Assembly: GCA_003568775.1 (NCBI GenBank)
Contig: MWMI01000003.1
Location: 68,886-100,885 of the forward strand
Direction of reading: 5' to 3'
Length of the DNA stretch: 32,000 nt
Source of the DNA: Candidatus Nanoclepta minutus
GTDB lineage: Archaea > Nanobdellota > Nanobdellia > Nanobdellales > Nanobdellaceae
The notes under the pieces are model-generated. The model saw nothing but the letters and a program-made list of their open reading frames with translations. It did no database searches and was not told where the DNA came from. Both the position numbers and the translations under genes were made by a program. Shown piece after piece: positions 25,657 through 31,929 of the stretch; the first letter of the stretch is position 1, and every line of letters begins with the position of its first letter.

Positions 25657-27371
25657 GTTATGCTTATAAAGAAGGAGATAAAACAATATTATCAACTGTT
25701 ACAGAGAATGGTAAACTAATAAATGTTATTTTTTCAGAAGGAGAGTTTAAAGAATTTTTAGAAGGAGAACTTAGGGAAGCAGGTTTTTTATACGGAGATA
25801 AAGAAATCGTATATGAAAAACCAACCCTTCATAAAGCTCAGATTGAAATTACGGAGGAATGTAACTTAAAATGTCCATTCTGTTATGTTGGAAATAAAGC
25901 ATTTAGAAGTATGCCAATCGATAAGGCTTTAGAGCTTCTAGAGAAACTAAAATCTTTAGGGGTAAAAATAATTGAGATCTCAGGAGGTGAACCGTTTTTA
26001 TATAAGGATTTAGATGTATTTTTAAGTAGAGCTAAAGATATAGGTTTTTATATAGTGTTATTTACCAATGGTACTGTTATTAAATATCCATTATTAAAAT
26101 ATGTAGACAGATTGCAAATTAGCTACGATGGTCCACTATACTTACATAAAAAATATAGAGGGGTTGAGATAAACATTAAAGAGATCGTAGAAAGGTGTAA
26201 GGAGTTTAATAACAATCTGAGAGTAGATATAGCAACTGTATTATATAAGGATACTTCTGTTTATGATATGTACAATTTATATAGAGAATTAAAAGATGTG
26301 AATTTTGATTATTGGGGTTTGTCCCCACCAGTTCCTACGGGTTATGCTAAAGAATTAACCATAGAAGATTTAAAAGAAATATACCTTAAGATACTAGACC
26401 TTTTATATTTACTCAAGAAAGTAGATAAACGATTTTATGAAAATAAAATCTTGTTTAAAAATAAGAGAAAATATATCTGTCCAGCAGGGGAATCGTATAT
26501 TTATATAACTGAAGATTTTAAAGTAAAGCCTTGTCCACTGATAGATAGATATATTGGAGATTTTTGGGAAGGTTTTAAACCTAAGAAACTAGAAGAGTTT
26601 AAAATATATGAAGAAATCTGTAGGAATTGTGAGGGATGTTTATTTCCCTGTCCTGCATATAGATTCTATTTTTCTAAATCGACAAATCCATGGTGTAAAA
26701 CAAAGTTTAAAAAATACAGGATATTCGAAAATCCTTTATTTATTATTTATTATGATTTCTTTAGGAAGGATAGAAACTGGGAATTCAATATATTAAAGAA
26801 TTTAATATATGAATTAGAAAATAGAAGTATAATAGTAGATTTTGGGTGTGGAATAGGTAATTTAACTTATATGATTGCAGAAGAGTTTAAAGATAGTAAG
26901 ATTATTGGGATAGACTCTTCTAGTATTCTAATTGAGCATGCTAAAAGCAGATACAATTTAAAAAATTTAGATTTTGTTTGTGAAGATGCATTAAAATTTA
27001 TAAAAAAGATCAACACTATTGATATTGCAATATTTTGGTGGGCGAGCATAATAGGTTATGACTATCCATGGAAAACTCTATTAAGAATCCTTAGAAAGAA
27101 ATGTAGACACGTTATCATAGATTTACCGCCTCCTTCTAGTGATGATATTATAGATGTTCAAAAAGAAAAATATAGGATTAGGGTTATAACCAAAGGTTCA
27201 TTTAATTTTGTTGATATTTTTGAAGAAGATGAACTAAAGCTCAGTACAGTATATATTTTTCATAACTATTCCACATCATATCTAAACAATATATTTGAGA
27301 AGATCGGTTATAAGATAAAAAAGTTCTTAAATATAAAAAATAGAAGAATTTGGGTTTTATCCAGCAACTAG
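25614..27371 (+). CDS. Radical SAM enzyme with a SPASM-like 7-Cys auxiliary-cluster domain, fused to a C-terminal class I SAM-dependent methyltransferase
   Basis: CNLKCPFC (C83/C87/C90, nt 25860-25883) followed by ISGGEPFLY is the rSAM core. Cys289-x17-Cys307...Cys336-x2-Cys339-x2-Cys342-x3-Cys346...Cys361 is SPASM-like. IIVDFGCGIGNLTYMIAEEF...IIGIDSSSILIEHAK...FVCEDA are methyltransferase motifs I-III. The true start may be M8 (25635). Confidence 0.8.
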   Translation: MCKRFKRMVGTKYISYAYKEGDKTILSTVTENGKLINVIFSEGEFKEFLEGELREAGFLYGDKEIVYEKPTLHKAQIEITEECNLKCPFCYVGNKAFRSMPIDKALELLEKLKSLGVKIIEISGGEPFLYKDLDVFLSRAKDIGFYIVLFTNGTVIKYPLLKYVDRLQISYDGPLYLHKKYRGVEINIKEIVERCKEFNNNLRVDIATVLYKDTSVYDMYNLYRELKDVNFDYWGLSPPVPTGYAKELTIEDLKEIYLKILDLLYLLKKVDKRFYENKILFKNKRKYICPAGESYIYITEDFKVKPCPLIDRYIGDFWEGFKPKKLEEFKIYEEICRNCEGCLFPCPAYRFYFSKSTNPWCKTKFKKYRIFENPLFIIYYDFFRKDRNWEFNILKNLIYELENRSIIVDFGCGIGNLTYMIAEEFKDSKIIGIDSSSILIEHAKSRYNLKNLDFVCEDALKFIKKINTIDIAIFWWASIIGYDYPWKTLLRILRKKCRHVIIDLPPPSSDDIIDVQKEKYRIRVITKGSFNFVDIFEEDELKLSTVYIFHNYSTSYLNNIFEKIGYKIKKFLNIKNRRIWVLSSN

Positions 27372-27498
27372 GAAAGGAACTAAATAAACTTTCAAAAGAA
27401 AAAGTCTGAAATTTATGATACCAATTAATGAAGATATATTTTATTTCAGAACCAGAACGTACTATAATATATAACAAAAGAGAATTCACATTAAGAAG

Positions 27499-28065
27499 TT
27501 AAGATTTGGATAAGCCTAAAGCCTTCTTAATATACGTTTTTAATTTTTCGTAGGATTCCTCAGAATAACTTTTCTTATATTCTTTTAACAATTCTATTAA
27601 ATGATCCGTTAAAGGTATAAGTCCATAATCTATTAAGTATTGGATAAACTGATTTAAGTTATCCGGTTTATTAGTTTTTTTAGCTCTCTCCCAATCTAAC
27701 AAAGCTACTCTATCTCCAACTAAAACTATATGTTTAAAAGGTCTGTGAAACTCTTCCTTTTTAATTCCCTTTTTATCCAATAAATAACAAATATTTAAAA
27801 TTTTTTCTAAATTCCTTAAAATCTCTTCTTTATCCCAATCCTTAAACAACTTCCCTTCTATATATTCCATCTCGATCCACTTCTCTTCATCGTTCCAAGA
27901 TATTATTTTTGGAACGAAATCGTAATCACCTAATTCTAATAAAATCTCTTTTTCCTTTTCATAATTCTTCTCCAAACCTTTTTTAAACTTCTTAATAACA
28001 GTATTTCTATCTGTTAAGTATATTTCTCCATGCCATCCCTCATATATCTTTTTCATTAACTTCAT
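27499..28065 (-). CDS. Small atypical protein-kinase-like protein (RIO/Bud32-like fold)
   Basis: 188 aa with a G-loop-like segment (YEGWHGEIY), a candidate Lys (VIKKFKK), a hinge (MEYIEG), a catalytic-loop region (GIKKEEFHRPFKHIVL) and a DFG-equivalent (LLDWERA). The canonical HxD is absent, so activity is uncertain. Confidence 0.45.
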   Translation of the reverse strand: MKLMKKIYEGWHGEIYLTDRNTVIKKFKKGLEKNYEKEKEILLELGDYDFVPKIISWNDEEKWIEMEYIEGKLFKDWDKEEILRNLEKILNICYLLDKKGIKKEEFHRPFKHIVLVGDRVALLDWERAKKTNKPDNLNQFIQYLIDYGLIPLTDHLIELLKEYKKSYSEESYEKLKTYIKKALGLSKS

Positions 28066-28519
28066 AGAATACTATATCGTATTCAAAATCTATAATACCT
28101 AATAACAATTTACATCCAATCCTTTTAGCTTCCTCTAATAAATCTAGGATCCTTCTCCAAGAGAGTTTTTCGTTTTCAAAAACCGGATAAACTAAATAAA
28201 TAGGTTTATTCCTATTACCTCTTTCATGTACGATAACTTTATCTTCAAATATATCTGCATAATATCCTAAATCCCTTATCTCTCTGAAAACTAAATACTT
28301 CTTATAATCAATTTTATCCTTAAACTCCTCTAAAAACTCCTCTTTATCTAGGGTTTTATCATCCATTTTTACAATCCCCCATTCCTTATCTAAAACGTAT
28401 AAAACCTCTTCGGGCTCTAAATATATCTTATCACTCATCCTTCCAATCCTTCCAATCTTATCCCAATACTCTTTCTCTATCCAAAACCTTCCATTAAATC
28501 TAATTATAACCTTTTCCAT
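28040..28519 (-). CDS. tRNA-splicing endonuclease, structural (beta-like) subunit
   Basis: YLVFREIRDLGYYADI...IYLVYPV...LLEEAKRIGCKLLLGIID has the EndA C-terminal-domain fold pattern but lacks the His of the catalytic triad. It overlaps the catalytic-subunit gene by 16 nt. Confidence 0.6.
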   Translation of the reverse strand: MEKVIIRFNGRFWIEKEYWDKIGRIGRMSDKIYLEPEEVLYVLDKEWGIVKMDDKTLDKEEFLEEFKDKIDYKKYLVFREIRDLGYYADIFEDKVIVHERGNRNKPIYLVYPVFENEKLSWRRILDLLEEAKRIGCKLLLGIIDFEYDIVFYEVNEKDI

Positions 28520-28923
28520 CTTATCTCTAAGTATCTTACTCTGCCATCTATTACCCCTACTAATAGGGCCTTCCTAGTGCTATGTGCAACCCTATTCTTA
28601 GCCAAAAAATCATACATAGTAAATTCCTCATTGATCCTTACTGGAAAGCATATCCATTTAGAATGCTCATCACTAGGTTTTTCATATACCCTTAAGTTCC
28701 CACCAAACTTCAATCCAGTACCGACCCTATATCCTTTATTTCTTAAATCTTTGTAAATTAAATAAATATCTTCTAAACCTTTTTCTTTTAATATTTCTTT
28801 TACTTCTTTCTTATTTCCGTTTATATCAACTATCTCAACTTTTCCCTTTTCGGATAAATACAATACTTCTAAAAAAGGAATTGAGGTTCCAATTATTATA
28901 CCATCCTTATAGATTACCTTCAT
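28504..28923 (-). CDS. endA: tRNA-splicing endonuclease, catalytic (alpha) subunit
   Basis: LIYKDLRNKGYRVGTGLKFGGNLRVYEKPSDEHSKWICFPV...NRVAHSTRKALLVGV contains the Tyr/His/Lys catalytic context (FRVY, HS, RK). I moved the start to M35 (MKVIYKDG, ATG at 28923). The track start at 29025 would overlap kae1 by 76 nt and adds non-conserved sequence. Confidence 0.8.
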   Translation of the reverse strand: MKVIYKDGIIIGTSIPFLEVLYLSEKGKVEIVDINGNKKEVKEILKEKGLEDIYLIYKDLRNKGYRVGTGLKFGGNLRVYEKPSDEHSKWICFPVRINEEFTMYDFLAKNRVAHSTRKALLVGVIDGRVRYLEIRWKRL

Positions 28924-28949
28924 AAAATAAACTTCATTATAAACTTTAT

Positions 28950-30149
28950 ATGATAAGCTTGGGAATAGAATCAACTGCACATACTTTTTCCGTTGGAATA
29001 GTTGATGAGGAAAGGATATATTCAAACGAAAGGGTTATATTTAAAACTGAGAAAGGTGGGATACATCCGAGGGAAGCTGCAGAACTACATTCAAGAGAAG
29101 CTATAAATATCTTAAATAGAGCAGTTTGGAAGGCTGGTTTTGTTTATAAGAAGGTTAATGATAAGTTGTTTATTGTAGATGCTTTAAACGAAATAAAGAA
29201 CAAGTTTAAAAACTTAAAAGAAGGTTTTAATGAGGAGCCATGGAATAGGTATAGATATTTAGAATCAGAAAATGGAATAAAGGTATGGATAGAGGAGAAT
29301 AAGGTTAGATCTGATGATAAAAAATTGGAAGATGAACTAAACAATTATATAAATGGTTTAAAAGAATTTGAAAGAAAAATAGATCTTGTATCCTTTGCTG
29401 CAGGTCCAGGCCTATATCCTACTTTAGTTCAGGGAAAGTTTTTAGCTGATCTATTATCAATAAAGTTTAATTTACCTAGGATAGGTGTAAATCATTTGAT
29501 TGCACATGTAGAGATAGTGAAGTTTTATAATAAGTTTGAGGATCCGGTTGTTTTATTGGTTACAGGCGCAAACACGATGGTATTAGCTTTGGAGGGTAAT
29601 AAATATAGGATATTTGGGGAAACTTTAGATATGGGTGTTGGAAACTTTTTGGATAAAGTTGCTAGATTAATGGGATTGGGATTTCCTGGTGGACCTAAAA
29701 TACAGGAATTAGCAAGAAATGGGAGAAACTTAATCAAATTACCTTATACGGTTAAAGGGATGGATATTCAATTGGGCGGTTTATATACCCATATAAAGAG
29801 GTTGATAGAGAGTAAGAAGTATTCCTATGAAGACATAGCATATTCTATTCAAGAATACGTTTTCTCAATGTTGGCTGAAATATCCGAAAGGGCTATTGCC
29901 CATCTAAACAAGAAGGAATTTGGATTAACGGGAGGAGTTGCCTTAAATGAAAGGTTGAGGGAAATACTAAAATCTATGTGTGATGAAAGGAAGGTTAAAT
30001 TTGGTACAGTACCAATAGATTTAGGTTCTGATAATGGTGCAATGATCGCATATACAGGTTTGGTATGGTTTAAAATGGGAATTGAGGGGAAAGATAGTAT
30101 AGACCCATACTGGAGACCTGAGCAAGTAGAATATAAAGTAACAAAGTAA
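28950..30149 (+). CDS. kae1: tRNA N6-adenosine threonylcarbamoyltransferase Kae1 (KEOPS catalytic subunit), with an internal insertion of about 75 aa
   Basis: LGIESTAHTFSVGIV, GVNHLIAHVE (metal-binding His pair), GETLDMGVGNFLDK, GGPKIQELA, LTGGVALNERLRE and GSDNGAMIAY are all Kae1/TsaD signatures. At 399 aa it is longer than the ~330 aa I recall as typical. Confidence 0.9.
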   Translation: MISLGIESTAHTFSVGIVDEERIYSNERVIFKTEKGGIHPREAAELHSREAINILNRAVWKAGFVYKKVNDKLFIVDALNEIKNKFKNLKEGFNEEPWNRYRYLESENGIKVWIEENKVRSDDKKLEDELNNYINGLKEFERKIDLVSFAAGPGLYPTLVQGKFLADLLSIKFNLPRIGVNHLIAHVEIVKFYNKFEDPVVLLVTGANTMVLALEGNKYRIFGETLDMGVGNFLDKVARLMGLGFPGGPKIQELARNGRNLIKLPYTVKGMDIQLGGLYTHIKRLIESKKYSYEDIAYSIQEYVFSMLAEISERAIAHLNKKEFGLTGGVALNERLREILKSMCDERKVKFGTVPIDLGSDNGAMIAYTGLVWFKMGIEGKDSIDPYWRPEQVEYKVTK

Positions 30150-31038
30150 AGATAGGTATTATCAAGTTATCATCAAATTTCTTTACTTTGTATTCTATCA
30201 ATGGAATAACTATTGCAAATAGTGGATTAGTTCTAGTAGCTAAGACAGAGATAACACCCCCAAGGATTCCTCCAAGCAATCCATTAACGCTTTTTTCCTT
30301 TGCTTTAAACCTCAGTCCAAATATCGCAGCTAAACCATCTACCCATGCCAGATAAAATGCAATGAAATATGGGTTTATTCCTAAAAATAGTCCTATGATG
30401 GATGAAACTAGTATTCCTATAACAAAGGTAAAGGCTTCCCTCCCGCTCTCATCTTTACTGTATTCCCTTAAGAAGAAGCTAACAAAATAAGTTCTTCTAA
30501 TTAAATATAGAAAAGCCCCAACGATCAACAATAAAAACATCAGATAGATTCCATATATAGGTCTTATGAAGGTAACGTATCCTATTATACTTCCTAGGCC
30601 TAGGTGTATTACCTTTCTATGTAACTCCTTTCCTAAATCTTTTTCTAAGTAATTAAAGGCTAAGATACCAATTGATGTGAATATATACCCAAATAGAACC
30701 TGTATTAGGTCATGGACACCAGCCAATATCCTTAGATATCCAATAAATAGTGCGTATATTAACCAAAGAACTTTAAAGTAAGGTCTTTCGTATATAAAGA
30801 AGGGAACTATCGCTAAGGATGCATGTCCACTTGGAAATGCAAATGGGTCTATTTCATTACTTCTGTAAACTCTAAATATTATCTTCAACGTTAGTGCTAT
30901 ACCTAAAGTCAAAAATAAATATGTAAAGTAATACTTTGTATATCTCCCCTCCTTTCTAAGTAACCTTATTAGGAAGTCTACGATAATGATGGCCAAGAGT
31001 AGATAGGAAAGAAAACTATAGAGATTTTCCATCAACAT
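30070..31038 (-). CDS. Fusion membrane protein: PAP2 (polyprenyl-diphosphate phosphatase-like) N-domain plus dolichol/polyprenol kinase (SEC59/CdsA-like) C-domain
   Basis: PAP2 motifs are KIIFRVYRS, FPSGHAS and LRILAGVHDLIQVLFG. Kinase-family motifs are ELHRKVIHLGLG and WVDGLAAIFGLRFKAKEKSVNGLLGG (D..A...G....G....KS..G). Confidence 0.6.
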   Translation of the reverse strand: MLMENLYSFLSYLLLAIIIVDFLIRLLRKEGRYTKYYFTYLFLTLGIALTLKIIFRVYRSNEIDPFAFPSGHASLAIVPFFIYERPYFKVLWLIYALFIGYLRILAGVHDLIQVLFGYIFTSIGILAFNYLEKDLGKELHRKVIHLGLGSIIGYVTFIRPIYGIYLMFLLLIVGAFLYLIRRTYFVSFFLREYSKDESGREAFTFVIGILVSSIIGLFLGINPYFIAFYLAWVDGLAAIFGLRFKAKEKSVNGLLGGILGGVISVLATRTNPLFAIVIPLIEYKVKKFDDNLIIPIFTLLLYILLAQVSSMGLYYLSPQFPF

Positions 31039-31084
31039 TCCTTTAGTAAGATTTTAAAGGTTTTAAAAAATTAGACATGTTATA

Positions 31085-31216
31085 ATGATGCAGGTTGAGA
31101 AGGTTCTTGAATTAGTTAAACTTAAGAGCTTAGCTGGGCAGAAGATTTTGAGTGGAAACGTAAAAGCCATTAGGAATCTGAGGAAGGAAATGGCTAAGGA
31201 AAAGGCTAAAAGATGA
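31085..31216 (+). CDS. rpl29: Possible truncated ribosomal protein L29 (uL29), 43 aa
   Basis: Hand translation gives MMQVEKVLELVKLKSLAGQKILSGNVKAIRNLRKEMAKEKAKR, which resembles the C-terminal two-thirds of uL29 (L..L+...A.G.l.N...IR..R+.iA+). It lies immediately upstream of SUI1-Rpp29 with a TGA/ATG overlap, the position L29 holds in the conserved archaeal cluster. An in-frame TAA 21 nt upstream excludes a longer form. Confidence 0.45.
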   Translation: MMQVEKVLELVKLKSLAGQKILSGNVKAIRNLRKEMAKEKAKR

Positions 31217-31515
31217 AGAAAAAGCTTATTTCTGGCTTTCCTTCAGATATAAAGGAGAGTATAGAACTTATAGAGAGAGAAGCTCAGAAGATAGTTGTGA
31301 CTACAGAGAAAAGAAGTTATGGAAAGACAGTTACTTTAATAAGTGGGATTGAAGAGGAGGTTGCAAAAGGAGTCTTAAAGAATTTAAAGAAGAAGTTAGG
31401 ATGTGGGGGAACTTATAAGAACGGAGCAATAGAATTACAAGGTGATCATAGAGATAAAATAAAGAAGATATTGGTAGAAGAAGGTTTTAAAGAAGAAAAC
31501 ATTGAGGTCGAATAA
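31213..31515 (+). CDS. Translation initiation factor aIF1 (SUI1 family)
   Basis: QKIVVTTEKRSYGKTVTLISGIEE...LKKKLGCGGTYKNGAIELQGDHRDKIKKILVEEGF matches the SUI1 consensus (R+.GK.VT.I.G....dlk.l.k.LK..l.cGGtvk...IelQGD.r..i...L...G). Confidence 0.9.
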   Translation: MKKKLISGFPSDIKESIELIEREAQKIVVTTEKRSYGKTVTLISGIEEEVAKGVLKNLKKKLGCGGTYKNGAIELQGDHRDKIKKILVEEGFKEENIEVE

Positions 31516-31786
31516 ATTAAAGGATTTCATAAGGGAGGAATTTATAGGATTAAATGTATTGGTTTATAGATGCGGAATAAAGAGTTTAGAGGGGATCTAT
31601 GGAAATATTATTGATGAGACCAAGAATACCTTTGTAATAGAAACTGGTAATAAAAGGTTAATTGTACCAAAGGCTATATCTAAGTTCCTTTTTTTCTATA
31701 ATGGGTATATTATTTTTGTTGATGGTAAGTTGATAAATAAGAGACCTTGGGAGAGGATAAAGATAAAGATAGTGAAGAAGGTTTAA
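31502..31786 (+). CDS. rnp1: RNase P protein component 1 (Rpp29/Pop4)
   Basis: FIGLNVLVYRCGIKSLEGIYGNIIDETKNTFVIETGNKRLIVPKAISKFLF...VDGKLINKRPWERIK matches the Rpp29 Sm-like consensus (G..v.V.......G..G.VvdETkNt..i......vpK....F......idG..l..RP..R). It overlaps SUI1 by 14 nt. Confidence 0.8.
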   Translation: MRSNKLKDFIREEFIGLNVLVYRCGIKSLEGIYGNIIDETKNTFVIETGNKRLIVPKAISKFLFFYNGYIIFVDGKLINKRPWERIKIKIVKKV

Positions 31787-31855
31787 TTGATGTAATGGAT
31801 ACGGAGATTTTTACGGAAAGTCAATCATTAGATGGCTAGCCGAAGGAAGATTTAA

Positions 31856-31929
31856 TGGGGCGGGGGGGATTTGAACCCCCGACCCTCCGGTCTTCAGCCG
31901 GATGCTCTCCCGGGCTGAGCTACCGCCCC
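31856..31929 (-). tRNA. tRNA-Phe (anticodon GAA), intronless, CCA not encoded
   Basis: The reverse complement folds as a 74-nt cloverleaf. Acceptor GGGGCGG/CCGCCCC, D-arm GCTC..GAGC, anticodon stem TCCGG/CCGGA with loop CTGAAGA, T-arm GGGGG-TTCAAAT-CCCCC, discriminator A. Confidence 0.9.

Noticed and set aside
27415-27474. 19-aa ORF (MIPINEDIFYFRTRTYYNI) downstream of the rSAM-SPASM gene, considered as a possible RiPP precursor
   Set aside because: It contains no Cys, Ser or Thr-rich core. It is a chance-length ORF in AT-rich DNA, and I see no conserved leader-like features. It is worth a look only if orthologous neighbourhoods show the same peptide.
26608-27489. Track ORFs 26608-26796 (+), 26867-27049 (-) and 27241-27489 (-)
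   Set aside because: They are alternative-frame or antisense ORFs within or overlapping the rSAM-MTase gene. No motifs are present. The last one overlaps the 3' end of the rSAM-MTase gene and extends into the 127-nt intergenic spacer.
28924-29025. N-terminal 34 aa of the track ORF 28504-29025 (the EndA catalytic subunit starting at 29025)
   Set aside because: The extension (MNISFPHQLFQRKKYVQLILFPSLSYKVYNEVYF) overlaps the kae1 start by 76 nt on the other strand and has no EndA similarity. The conserved EndA N-terminus starts at MKVIYKDG (ATG at 28923).
29140-29365. Intein as the explanation for the Kae1 insertion
   Set aside because: At about 75 aa it is too short. It lacks an N-terminal Cys/Ser, block B TxxH and a C-terminal HN plus Cys/Ser/Thr. 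Its composition is Lys/Glu/Asn-rich rather than intein-like.
29144-29737. Track ORFs 29144-29344 (-) and 29525-29737 (-)
   Set aside because: They are antisense to kae1. The first simply mirrors the low-complexity insertion.
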